Assembly (NCBI GenBank): GCA_965238175.1
Contig: CBDEGZ010000003.1
Coordinates: 2,272,001-2,336,000, forward strand
DNA length: 64,000 nt
Reading direction: 5' to 3'
Source: Gammaproteobacteria bacterium
GTDB taxonomy: Bacteria > Pseudomonadota > Gammaproteobacteria > CAJXQU01
Below the pieces are notes generated by a model that saw only the letters and a list, made by a program, of their open reading frames with translations, ran no database searches and was not told the origin of the DNA. A program made the position numbers and the translations under genes. Below are positions 11,673-20,891 of this stretch, in pieces (position 1 is the first letter of the stretch; each line of letters begins with the position of its first letter).

Positions 11673-12890
11673 TTAAATATTAATCACAGTTTGTGTAATC
11701 GTATCAGCCGTCGTTATTGCTTGTGCATTGGCCTGGAAATTACGTTGCGCCACAATCAATGCTACTAGTTGCTCAGTTAAATCGACATTCGACTCTTCTA
11801 ACGCACCCGATCTTAATGTTCCAACACCAGAAGAGCCTGGTGCTGATGCTTGTCCTGGCCTTCCTGAATCGTTTGTTTCTGCAAAAGCATTACCACCTAA
11901 TTGCAAAAGCCCTTGAGGATTCTGAAATCTGGTCATAACTATCTGCCCCTGAACGATGGGATCACCAGTGTTATAATTCGCTGATATAATTCCTTCATCA
12001 TCAATACTCAAACCATTAAAAAGCCCAGCAGCATTCCCATTCTGGTTCACTGCGTTAGAAGTGAAACCATTTCCGAACTGTGTTGTGCCGGTATAATCGA
12101 ATGCCAAATTCAATGGAGCTGCACCAGAACCGGGAATTGTATATGCAGGCAAGGCCGCTGTATTACTGGCTCCCACGTCCAATGCTCCCGAGGTATCAAA
12201 TACAAGAGTATGATTTCCCGGTATTAAGTTGCCATCAATCGAAACTTGGCTATTCCAGGTGTTTGCACCTGTTTTTTGATAATAAAGTGAAGTCGGGTGA
12301 GAATTCCCTAAAGAATCGAAAATTGTAAGCGACGTCGAATGATTAAAGCTGGTTGTGTCATCTACATCTATCGGAGGAACTGGTGCGAAAGTCGTCGCAC
12401 CTACATCAAGATTCAAACTAAGATCCAGGTTTGTTGTTGCTACCGGATCAGAAGCACTTGTATTTATCTGTAATGGACCAGTTACATTAGTTATATTCCC
12501 TGAAGCATCAACTTGATTAGTCACTAAACGTTGTTGTTGTGCATTGACAATAAACCCATCTCTATCTAATCCAAATTCACCAGCACGAGAATAAACACGT
12601 GAATCCTGATCTTCTAAGATAAAAAACCCCTCACCATCGATCGCTAAATCTAACACCTTCTCCGTTGTGGTAATATTTCCCTGACTAAACTGTTGCGAAA
12701 TTCGCGAAATGGTAACACCGTTTCCTGTTGCATTTTCTGATACACCTGTCTGGCTAACCGCAAAAATATCTGCAAACTCTGCACGACCTTGTTTAAAACC
12801 AGTTGTACTTGAATTTGCAATATTATTTCCTATTGTTTCTAAATGTGCTTGTGAGGCTCTTAAACCACTAATTGATGTTTGAAAAGTCAT
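11673..12890 (-). CDS. flgE: Flagellar hook protein FlgE
   Basis: GNNIANSSTTGFK, DLAIDGEGFF, LEESNVDLTEQLV..QRNFQANA. Confidence 0.96.
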   Translation of the reverse strand: MTFQTSISGLRASQAHLETIGNNIANSSTTGFKQGRAEFADIFAVSQTGVSENATGNGVTISRISQQFSQGNITTTEKVLDLAIDGEGFFILEDQDSRVYSRAGEFGLDRDGFIVNAQQQRLVTNQVDASGNITNVTGPLQINTSASDPVATTNLDLSLNLDVGATTFAPVPPIDVDDTTSFNHSTSLTIFDSLGNSHPTSLYYQKTGANTWNSQVSIDGNLIPGNHTLVFDTSGALDVGASNTAALPAYTIPGSGAAPLNLAFDYTGTTQFGNGFTSNAVNQNGNAAGLFNGLSIDDEGIISANYNTGDPIVQGQIVMTRFQNPQGLLQLGGNAFAETNDSGRPGQASAPGSSGVGTLRSGALEESNVDLTEQLVALIVAQRNFQANAQAITTADTITQTVINI

Positions 12891-12916
12891 TATATATTCC
12901 TTCTAAGTGTTTAATA

Positions 12917-13591
12917 TTACTGTACTTGTTTGACCTTATCTATCCCAATAGAACCTATTCCTGCCAGATTCAACAAAGGACCACTTGCGCCTGATAAGGT
13001 GACGCTATCAACTTTAGCTTTTAGCTGCGTAGTCACTAGTTTATTTTCACCATCAATTGAAGCTTCTGCACTAATTGAATATTTCCCTGCAGGAACTGCC
13101 TTATCACTTTCATCTAATCCACTCCACTTAAAATTAACACTACCTTCTGATTGGGTACCAAGTTTCAATTCTTTCACTACCTGCCCCGATGAGTTTTTGA
13201 TCAATAGGTTAAGTTCACTGGTAGAACTGCTCAGCTCAACCGCACCTTCAACCGCACCACCCGCCTTAATATCAATGGTATTGGCCGGCACTAAAACTTC
13301 GCGTCCAACTAAAGTAGATGCTTGCAATGCTTGGTTGGATTGTAGGGAACTAGACAATGTGCTGAACGAATTCTGTAACTCAGTTATTCCATTAACCGTA
13401 CCAAATTGGGCTAACTGACTAAGAAAATCAGCATTATCTACTGGCTTGGTTGGATCTTGGTTATTGAGTTGAGCAACCATTAGTTCCAAAAACTCATTTT
13501 GGCCAAGGTTATTATTGCCTGCACTTTCTTTCGATTTATTGATCGAAAGTGCTTCAGCACCTTGTCCAATACTTTTAACTGGACTTTCCAT
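12917..13591 (-). CDS. flgD: Flagellar hook capping protein FlgD
   Basis: FLELMVAQLNNQDPTKP..SQLAQF. Confidence 0.95.
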   Translation of the reverse strand: MESPVKSIGQGAEALSINKSKESAGNNNLGQNEFLELMVAQLNNQDPTKPVDNADFLSQLAQFGTVNGITELQNSFSTLSSSLQSNQALQASTLVGREVLVPANTIDIKAGGAVEGAVELSSSTSELNLLIKNSSGQVVKELKLGTQSEGSVNFKWSGLDESDKAVPAGKYSISAEASIDGENKLVTTQLKAKVDSVTLSGASGPLLNLAGIGSIGIDKVKQVQ

Positions 13592-13608
13592 TTTAATTAC
13601 CTCTCACT

Positions 13609-14031
13609 TTAACCACGACCAATACGCAGTGTTTCACTCAACATTTGTTTGGATGTGTTAATCATTTCGACATTTGTTTGATAATTTCTTGAGGCAGCGA
13701 TCATATTTGCCATCTCTTCAATGATGTTGACGTTAGGACGGTAGATATAACCTTCTTCATCAGCAAGTGGATTGCCTGGTTGGAATTCACGACTTGCAGG
13801 GACTTGACTCTCAACAATACCCTCGACTCGAACACCACCGACAGCACCCGACTCTCCAAAGTTAAAATCATCCATAATAGTGGCAAAAACCGGATGTCTT
13901 GCCTGATATGTTTTATCAATACTGCTACTGATCGCATCGGCATTTGCCATGTTGCTTGCCGTCACGTTTAACCGTATAGACTGAGCACTCATTGCCGTAC
14001 CTGAAATATTAAAAACGTTCATCAATGACAT
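13609..14031 (-). CDS. flgC: Flagellar rod protein FlgC
   Basis: RLNVTASNMANAD, PLADEEGY..PNVN..EMANMIAASRNYQTN. Confidence 0.96.
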   Translation of the reverse strand: MSLMNVFNISGTAMSAQSIRLNVTASNMANADAISSSIDKTYQARHPVFATIMDDFNFGESGAVGGVRVEGIVESQVPASREFQPGNPLADEEGYIYRPNVNIIEEMANMIAASRNYQTNVEMINTSKQMLSETLRIGRG

Positions 14032-14033
14032 GA

Positions 14034-14423
14034 TTATTCTCCTTTAATTGCACTAAGCAATCCGGATACTTTCCCATTTAAAAATCTGACACTGGCCTGA
14101 TATTGCAGCGCATTTCGAGTAAATTCCGCCCGCTCTGTTTGTATATCTACCGTATTACCATCAATAGAAAGCTGCTCTGTTTGACGATACATTAGATCAT
14201 GCCCCATCAATTCTGCTTCTCCTGCATATATATGATTTTCTTGCGTCATTTTCATTTCTGATTTCCCTGACACAGCACTTTGTAGCGCTTCCTGGAAATC
14301 AAAATCACGGGCTAGGTAATTCGGCGTCTCAGCATTGGCAATATTTGTTGCTAACACTTCTGCGCGATGAGTTCGCAAACTCATTGCTTTTGCATGTAGT
14401 CCGAGTGCACTGTCTAAATTCAT
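14034..14423 (-). CDS. flgB: Flagellar rod protein FlgB
   Basis: NIANAETPNYLARD, DGNTVD, N-x-L-x-Y. Confidence 0.96.
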   Translation of the reverse strand: MNLDSALGLHAKAMSLRTHRAEVLATNIANAETPNYLARDFDFQEALQSAVSGKSEMKMTQENHIYAGEAELMGHDLMYRQTEQLSIDGNTVDIQTERAEFTRNALQYQASVRFLNGKVSGLLSAIKGE

Positions 14424-14461
14424 TTGTTGCTCCAGAATATTTTCTATCTTGGCAGATACAT

Positions 14462-14478
14462 AGCATAGGCCGTGCCAG
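14462..14478 (-). promoter_or_regulatory. Sigma-54 (-24/-12) promoter of the flgB operon
   Basis: Minus strand CTGGCACGGCCTATGCT = GG-N10-GC, about 40 bp upstream of the flgB ATG. Confidence 0.8.
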
Positions 14479-14533
14479 AAACAATTAAGCTATAGTTTTC
14501 AAATAGATAGTCCATGTATTGCTGAATCCAGAA

Positions 14534-14568
14534 TGGCAAGCGGCAAGGAGTCGCCGAGTAAACGGCAA
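14534..14568. promoter_or_regulatory. Putative FlrC/FleR-type enhancer boxes ((C/T)GGCAA repeats)
   Basis: tggcaa 14534, cggcaa 14541 and 14563, 60-90 bp upstream of the sigma-54 site; CGGCAA repeats are typical of polar flagellar activator sites. Confidence 0.5.
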
Positions 14569-14605
14569 AGGGTGGTCATATCAAGATCACAGTGACTTTA
14601 TAACC

Positions 14606-14633
14606 TCAAGGAATAAGTGGTGGTTGCCGATAC
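14606..14633 (+). promoter_or_regulatory. Putative sigma-28 (FliA) promoter of the divergent GGDEF gene
   Basis: TCAAG-N15-GCCGATAC about 40 bp upstream of ATG 14674; spacer is 1 nt longer than ideal. Confidence 0.5.
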
Positions 14634-15043
14634 GCGTAGATAACATTATTAAAAATTGTGATCGGTAAACATTATGGACTATTCTCAAACGATATCGTTG
14701 AGATTAACTAAACAGTCTTCCACATTAAATTTAACAACTACACTCAAGAACGAATTTGAAAATTTGCCTTTTGTAAACCACGTCAAGGTATATCGGGTAT
14801 TCAGCCTTGAAAAGAACTTGTATGACAAAAACACAATAGAAATTTATGATCACACGAATAAGGTTCTCGATCCTTACTGGTTAGCATATTGGCCCAAGAA
14901 TGAATATGAATTCACCAATCCTATTAGAATTAAATCTGCAGATAATTTGGATAATGAACAAATTGATCTTTATTTACTAAAAGAGTCTGGACAAACATTA
15001 AAGCTGGTTGAATTACATTCACAACAAGCTACTGAAGCTGATA

Positions 15044-16269
15044 TGTAGAAATTCAGACTTGATCTGACAGTTACCCCTTTTTCTGTAACTGACTGTCAGG
15101 TTAAGTTTAGTTCAAAAACTTTTCCTTCCAGATAGCTTGTCCGTCGATGAGTGTTTCCATCGGCGTCCTCCCGCAGCACATTTTGCCTTGGTGAGTTCGT
15201 TGAGTATTGTATTTGAGCAACCATTCGTCAAGGTCGAGTTGCAGTTCATCAATCGATTGGTAAATTTTCTTACGCAAAGCGACTTGATAAAACTCATTGA
15301 GGATCGTCTTATGGAATCGCTCACAAATACCATTCGTCTGAGGTGATTTGACCTTGGTTTTGGTGTGTTCGATATTGTTCAACGCCATATAAAGCTGATA
15401 ATCATGCTGGTCAGCTCGCCCACAATACTCCGTCCCTCTATCTGTCAAAATGCGCAACATAGGCAAACGTTGTTGTTCGTAGAATGGGAGGACGCGGTCA
15501 TTGAGCATGTCAGCTGCCGTAATCGGTGTTTTAGTCGGGTACAGTTTCGCGTGAGCGACCTTGCTGTAAGTATCAACAAACGTTTGTTGATAAACCCGAC
15601 CAATGCCTTTGAAAGTACCGACATAGTAAGTATCTTGCGAGCCAAGATAACCAGGGTGTGCCGTCTCTATCTCGCCACAAGCCTCATCGTCGTCTTTCTT
15701 GCGTTCCATCGCCGCGACTTGAGACTCAGTGAGGATCAAGCCTTCACCAGCTACCTTATCAGACAATGCCTTCAGGCGATCTTTAAAGCAAGCAAGACCA
15801 TGACGAAGCCAGATACAACGAACGCCACTGGGTGAGACAAATGTTCCCCGTTTGCGCAGCTCGTTACTGGTGCGCGTTTGACCATGTGCGGGCTCTTCCA
15901 GTGCATACTCGAGCACAACGGTTTCAATAGCCGGGTCGATTCTGTTTTTAAGATTTGGGGTACGCCGATTACGATCAAACAAGGCTTCTACACCGCCTTC
16001 ATCAGCCGCTTCTTTGTAGCGATAAAATGTATCTCTGGACAAACCCATCATCTTGCAGGCTTTTGAGACATTGCCGAGTTCTTCAGCGAGATTGAGTAGA
16101 CCAACTTTATGTTTTATAACTTTGTCATTAGTATGAATCATGAGAGTTACCTCTTTGTGTTTTGATGTTTACGTTGCAGTTACATCAAAGCGGGTAACTC
16201 TCACTAAATCAAGCGTCGCTACGCTCCGCTTGATTTAGTGATGTGTCAGATTGGGTCTAAACTTCTACA
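15044..16269 (-). mobile_element. IS481-family insertion sequence, 1226 bp, complete
   Basis: TGT...ACA ends; 26-bp imperfect IRs (21/26) at 15044-15069 and 16244-16269; 7-bp target duplication GCTGATA at 15037-15043 and 16270-16276. Confidence 0.93.
15107..16141 (-). CDS. IS481-family DDE transposase
   Basis: N-terminal HTH (GNVSKACKMMGLSRDTFYRY), SQDTYYVG, LTDRGTEYCG, PQTNGICERFHKT. Confidence 0.95.
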   Translation of the reverse strand: MIHTNDKVIKHKVGLLNLAEELGNVSKACKMMGLSRDTFYRYKEAADEGGVEALFDRNRRTPNLKNRIDPAIETVVLEYALEEPAHGQTRTSNELRKRGTFVSPSGVRCIWLRHGLACFKDRLKALSDKVAGEGLILTESQVAAMERKKDDDEACGEIETAHPGYLGSQDTYYVGTFKGIGRVYQQTFVDTYSKVAHAKLYPTKTPITAADMLNDRVLPFYEQQRLPMLRILTDRGTEYCGRADQHDYQLYMALNNIEHTKTKVKSPQTNGICERFHKTILNEFYQVALRKKIYQSIDELQLDLDEWLLKYNTQRTHQGKMCCGRTPMETLIDGQAIWKEKFLN

Positions 16270-16884
16270 GCTGATACGAAAAGTATTCAGTACCTTCTTG
16301 ATATATTTAAGAATCAAATAGAATTATTCAATATATTTGAAAAGGATCACTTAACAGGTCTTTATAACCGGCTAACTTTCGATGAAAAAATGATGCAACT
16401 CATTCAGTTAAATCATGTTGACGAAAGTCGTGAAATTAAAGATGATTCCTGTAATTGGCTAGCTATTCTTGATATCGATCATTTTAAGAAAATAAATGAT
16501 CAATACGGTCACATGTATGGTGATGAAGTTTTATTACTCTTCTCTGAGATCATGCAAGACACTTTTCGTTTTAATGATTTACTGTTCCGATACGGCGGCG
16601 AGGAATTTGTAGTCTGTCTCTTCAATGTCAACAAGGAAGGTGCAATCACCGCGCTTGAACGTTTCCGAAGAGCCATCGAGGATTATGCCCTTCCTTCCAA
16701 CAGAGGGATCACTGTCAGTATTGGTTTGGCAAAAGTATTGGACAAAGAGCTCCCGTCAAATCTTCTTGATCGTGCCGACATCGCTTTATATGAGGCTAAA
16801 GAAACCGGGCGTAATAAATTATGTGTCTCCAGACTTGAAGAAAGTACAATCTCAGAATCTGATGATATGGTTGAGCTTTTTTGA

Positions 16885-17277
16885 TCAATCGTACTTAATA
16901 TATTTAAACCGTGGATCGTCTGGCGTTCCTTCTAATCCACTTTCTTCATCAAGCCCAGGTTGCCACATGATCACTTCTTCAATTTTTTTCGCCAATCCAA
17001 AATCTTTATTAGTAATTCCTTTCGCAGCATGATTGATTAGCTTCACGGTAACAAAAGCGTATGACACTGTTAGATCCGGGTGGTGAAATCCTGCCTCAGC
17101 CAAATGACCCACCGTATTCACTACCATTAAGGTTCCCTTCCAACCTGATGTCTTATATTTACGACGGATCCAACCATTCTCATAACTCCATTCAGGCAGT
17201 TGATCTTCAAGATAAGCGACAATTTCTTCATCCGCATAAGTTTCGTCTTTTTCTTTTTTACGCCACTGCTGCGCCAT
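16885..17277 (-). CDS. Pterin-4a-carbinolamine dehydratase family protein (H4MPT cluster-associated)
   Basis: LPEW, AEAGFHHPDL, HAAKGITNKDFGLAKKIE. Confidence 0.88.
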   Translation of the reverse strand: MAQQWRKKEKDETYADEEIVAYLEDQLPEWSYENGWIRRKYKTSGWKGTLMVVNTVGHLAEAGFHHPDLTVSYAFVTVKLINHAAKGITNKDFGLAKKIEEVIMWQPGLDEESGLEGTPDDPRFKYIKYD

Positions 17278-17965
17278 AGCCCTCTTCCTCTTTATGAATA
17301 CTGGTGCGGATCTCTTTTAAAAGCGACTCATCCAGATCAGTTTTTCGTTTATGTCCGACACAGAGTGCACCTCTAAAACCCAGGTAATCTGGCTGATATT
17401 GAACTAAAGGTACAATATCTTCTTTTCTCAGAGAACCGGCTAAACCTGTGATCAACTTTTGCTGTTTTGCTTTCACAATAAACTGACCGATTTGATGAAC
17501 ATCCATTACCTCTCGTAATGATCCTTTAGTTTTATTTGCGGTATCCAACATAATTCCTGCAAGTCCAGCATCAACGACAGAATCGATGATATGTTCGCCA
17601 GGATACTGATCTGCAAACACTACAATAATAATGCCTTTAGTAGCTTGCCGACTTATAGTCCAGAGTAAGTCATCAACATTTTCACTTAAAGGATCAAAAA
17701 GGCCGACCTTAACTAAATCGACACCTGTATCCGCAACTCTTCTGACCATATCTGCTACGCGTAAAGGTTCGCATGGAAGATCACCCACTGTTGCACTCAC
17801 CAAACGTTCACCATTTATCTTACCGACAACTTCTCGCATGACTTTAAAAGAAACAGCCCCTAATGCCCCTTGCTCTGGTTCTTTCAAATCGATAATGTCA
17901 ACACCACCCTGCATCGCGACCATCGCTTCATCAGCAGATCGCACACTGGCTAGAAATCCTGTCAT
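17258..17965 (-). CDS. mfnB: (5-formylfuran-3-yl)methyl phosphate synthase (MfnB/Orf22), methanofuran/methylofuran biosynthesis
   Basis: LASVRSADEA, DIIDLKEPEQGALGA, SATVGD, MLDTANK, GLAGSL, PDYLGFRGALC. Confidence 0.88.
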   Translation of the reverse strand: MTGFLASVRSADEAMVAMQGGVDIIDLKEPEQGALGAVSFKVMREVVGKINGERLVSATVGDLPCEPLRVADMVRRVADTGVDLVKVGLFDPLSENVDDLLWTISRQATKGIIIVVFADQYPGEHIIDSVVDAGLAGIMLDTANKTKGSLREVMDVHQIGQFIVKAKQQKLITGLAGSLRKEDIVPLVQYQPDYLGFRGALCVGHKRKTDLDESLLKEIRTSIHKEEEGYGAAVA

Positions 17966-18549
17966 GTAGTTTGCTCCTCTCCATCATTTTTGTTTTGTTC
18001 TTGGCGAAAATGGTCAACCTTATCCATTAACCAACCCCAAGCCTCTAATTCCTGTTCACCGGCGGTTTTATCGATCGCAATTTTAAGGTATTCAATCTCA
18101 GTAGCCACCTTTTCAGTTGATAACATGTGTAAACGACTAGTGAGTATGGCAGCTTCAAGTACGGCCGATTTTGCTCGATTAAAGCCTTTAAACGGTTTAT
18201 GGTTTTCATGGTTGTTAATTTTGCAGAAAAAACGAGGTCTTACATCATCTTTCTCGATATGATCTACCTCAAGCTCCATATGCGATAAGGTATCTTCAAG
18301 TCTGGCGCCGTTAATTTCTTTAGCTTCAACGGTTGGCCAGTTATAGTGACCTGTCAAACAGCCTGCAATCACAGCAACATTATCAGTAAGATTAATCACG
18401 GCTTGATTAGTTCGTTCCAAATTTGCCAACGTCGTCGAAGGGCGAAAAGGCGATAAGACAATAAACCCATCGATTTCCTGATATCCGAGCGGTGCGATTT
18501 GATTTGACCCATCCTCATTCCGAGTAATAATAACGGCTTCGTAGATCAT
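17962..18549 (-). CDS. DUF447 family protein (Orf19 of methylotroph H4MPT clusters)
   Basis: MIYEAVIIT..IAPLG, PFRPSTTLANL, GFNRAKSAVLEAAILTSRL, IDKTAG. Confidence 0.85.
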   Translation of the reverse strand: MIYEAVIITRNEDGSNQIAPLGYQEIDGFIVLSPFRPSTTLANLERTNQAVINLTDNVAVIAGCLTGHYNWPTVEAKEINGARLEDTLSHMELEVDHIEKDDVRPRFFCKINNHENHKPFKGFNRAKSAVLEAAILTSRLHMLSTEKVATEIEYLKIAIDKTAGEQELEAWGWLMDKVDHFRQEQNKNDGEEQTT

Positions 18550-18579
18550 CTTTTTCTCTTTGTACTGAGCTTTGTTTAG

Positions 18580-20025
18580 TTAACGTGCTTTTTTGTTTTT
18601 TTGTGCTTTTTTACGGCGCTCTTTTCGCGCTTTCATCGTTGCGCCTCCAGCTTTATGCAACATATGTGGGTCTGCTTTACCATTATCAAGAGGCGATTTA
18701 TAGGCTACCCCCCAGTCCAACTCTTCATCCTGCACATAACGCTTCCCTAACTGCCAGGCTATTTGTGCACGGGCAAGTTCAACACCAATGTAATAAGCGT
18801 GTGGAGCATCTTCTTCCAGCGTTTTCAAATGTTCGAATAACGCAAAGGGATCGGTGTCGGTTTTCAAGCCATCACGATTGTAAATATGAATACCCTCCTC
18901 TGTCACCTGGATCCGATAATTAGCATCTTTAATCTGTGATGCAGTTTCGTTAATTTCTTCCAGATCATATGGGAATGGCTTGCGCTCATGAAGCCCTGTC
19001 AAACCTGCACTATAACCCTTCGGCAAACTCGTATCTTCACGTGCACGGAACATAATCCGACGCCCCAAATCGAGTTCTGCAACACTCTTATTTGCATGCT
19101 CACTGACCTCCGTCGTCAATAAGTTTGTGATGCGCATTTCAGACATCATGCCTAACATCATCGTATTCAGGCCAACCGTGTCTGCTTCAGTCAATTCTGA
19201 AAGATTTCCGGTACCCATCATGATTTCGATATCGGGGTATTTATCTCGCAGTTGCTGATATCTAACAATTGATCGGGTAAATCCAAAATGAACAGGATCA
19301 AGAATGCTATCAGCAATAAAATCTTTACCCTTTTTCTGCATCGTGTCGATAGCTCGGTATAAGGATTTCGGATCGTCCGGAGATTCCGGGATCAAAACCG
19401 GTATGGATCCGACTTCATCAGCAACCCAAAGTGTGCTCTCCTTTAAACTCAATAGATAGTGCGCACCTGCCTGACCACCTCGAACTAATTGATCGGGATC
19501 AACCGAATCTAAACTGACGGTATAACCTTCACTTACAAGCGTCTTAATGATCTCTTCCATTTGCGGAAAATCACGTCCAGGTAAACACCCAACGTCAATT
19601 ACATCCGCACCATCTGCTTTATAAGACACTGCTTGCGCGAGAACATTTTCAATACTGACATCTGGTGCATCAACAATTTCTGCAAAGATCCGTACATCAT
19701 ATTGGCTTAAATCCGGTGGTTCTGCTCCCTTTCCAAAATACACAGGTAGATCTTTTAGATCCTTAGGGCCACGCACCACAGGCACGCCGAGCTTATTGCT
19801 AAGCTCTTCGACATCACCTGCACAAAGACCTGGCACAATAATTCGATCTGCATTCCTGGAATCATCCAAACGACGTTGGATCATCTCAGTTGTCATTAAG
19901 GCCGCAACGCTAACCCCAAGGTTATGGATCTCATAGGTAAAATCCTCACCCTCTATTGAGGCCATGACTTTTCCGAGACTTTTCTTGGCAAGTTTGCCAG
20001 TCAACATAAGAAGATGTTCAGACAT
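18580..20025 (-). CDS. Dihydropteroate synthase-like protein (Orf20, DUF6513/DUF4346), tetrahydromethanopterin biosynthesis
   Basis: LTGKLA, GPKDLKDLP, IFAEIVDAP, GADVIDVG, GTGNLSELTEAD, HAYYIGVELARAQIAWQLGKRYVQDE. Confidence 0.85.
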   Translation of the reverse strand: MSEHLLMLTGKLAKKSLGKVMASIEGEDFTYEIHNLGVSVAALMTTEMIQRRLDDSRNADRIIVPGLCAGDVEELSNKLGVPVVRGPKDLKDLPVYFGKGAEPPDLSQYDVRIFAEIVDAPDVSIENVLAQAVSYKADGADVIDVGCLPGRDFPQMEEIIKTLVSEGYTVSLDSVDPDQLVRGGQAGAHYLLSLKESTLWVADEVGSIPVLIPESPDDPKSLYRAIDTMQKKGKDFIADSILDPVHFGFTRSIVRYQQLRDKYPDIEIMMGTGNLSELTEADTVGLNTMMLGMMSEMRITNLLTTEVSEHANKSVAELDLGRRIMFRAREDTSLPKGYSAGLTGLHERKPFPYDLEEINETASQIKDANYRIQVTEEGIHIYNRDGLKTDTDPFALFEHLKTLEEDAPHAYYIGVELARAQIAWQLGKRYVQDEELDWGVAYKSPLDNGKADPHMLHKAGGATMKARKERRKKAQKNKKAR

Positions 20026-20040
20026 TTTTGACCGAGTTAT

Positions 20041-20868
20041 CTAACTCTCATTGATCGCAAAAGTCACATCTGCCGTTTGTCGATTCGGTTTTACATCATG
20101 TACGCGAAATATCTGCACTCCAGCTGTTACCCCAAGACTGGTAGTTGCACAGGTCGCACCAATCAACTCTTTTGGCTCAGCACCTTTACAAATTGATCCC
20201 ATAAAACGTTTACGGCTGGTGCCTAAAAGTACCGGATAATCTGATTTCACAAATCGGTCAAGATTCGCCATCAGCATTAAGTTATGTTCCTGAGTTTTTC
20301 CGAAACCAATACCTGGATCAATAACGATATTCTCCTTCTTAACACCGGCTTTGATCGCCACGTCACATCTTTCTTTAAGAAACGATTCAATGTCGGTAAC
20401 TACGTCATCATAAGTGGGATTTTTTTGCATGGTCTGCGGCATACCTTGCATATGCATCAAAATGATCGGTAGATCACGTTCTGCTGCTAGTTTAAACATA
20501 TCTTCATCATCTCGTCCGGCACGCACATCGTTGAGAATATTTGCGCCCGCATCGACCGCGGCAATAGCCACCTCAGATAGTGTTGTATCAATACTGATCA
20601 AAATATTTTCGGGTAATGTTCTTCGTAGTGCCTCAATCGTGCCGGCTACGCGACGGATCTGCTCTTCAGAGCTAACCCTTTCAGAATCCGGACGTGTCGA
20701 CTCACCACCAACATCGATAATATCTGCACCTTCTTCAACCATTTGCAAAGCCGAGGCAACGGCTTTACCTCGTTTGGTATGGCTGCCACCGTCCGAAAAA
20801 CTATCCGGCGTGACATTCAAAATCCCCATAATCAGAGGTCTTTGTTGTTTTAATAGCTCAGTAAGCAC
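20041..20868 (-). CDS. folP: Dihydropteroate synthase
   Basis: MGILNVTPDSFSDGG, DVGGESTRP, DPGIGFGK, GTSRKRF, RVHDV. Confidence 0.96.
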   Translation of the reverse strand: MLTELLKQQRPLIMGILNVTPDSFSDGGSHTKRGKAVASALQMVEEGADIIDVGGESTRPDSERVSSEEQIRRVAGTIEALRRTLPENILISIDTTLSEVAIAAVDAGANILNDVRAGRDDEDMFKLAAERDLPIILMHMQGMPQTMQKNPTYDDVVTDIESFLKERCDVAIKAGVKKENIVIDPGIGFGKTQEHNLMLMANLDRFVKSDYPVLLGTSRKRFMGSICKGAEPKELIGATCATTSLGVTAGVQIFRVHDVKPNRQTADVTFAINES

Positions 20869-20891
20869 TTGTTTGTTCCTACGATATACAC

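Larger units (their letters stand above)
14674..16884 (+). pseudogene. Diguanylate cyclase (GGEEF) interrupted by IS481
   Basis: Removing 15044-16276 restores one frame (..TEAD|TKSIQYLLDIFKNQ..KDHLTGLYNR..DIDHFKKINDQYGH..RYGGEEF), 325 aa. Confidence 0.92.

Noticed and set aside
12930-13418. Long antisense ORFs (also 15365-15835, 20414-20902, 45356-45718 and others)
   Set aside because: Shadow frames of well-conserved genes with no independent motifs or RBS
14560-14632. Possible c-di-GMP-I riboswitch (CGGCAAA...GTTGCCG) upstream of the DGC
   Set aside because: No GNRA tetraloop stem and no GACGCAAA/receptor core; better explained as activator boxes plus a sigma-28 -10 element
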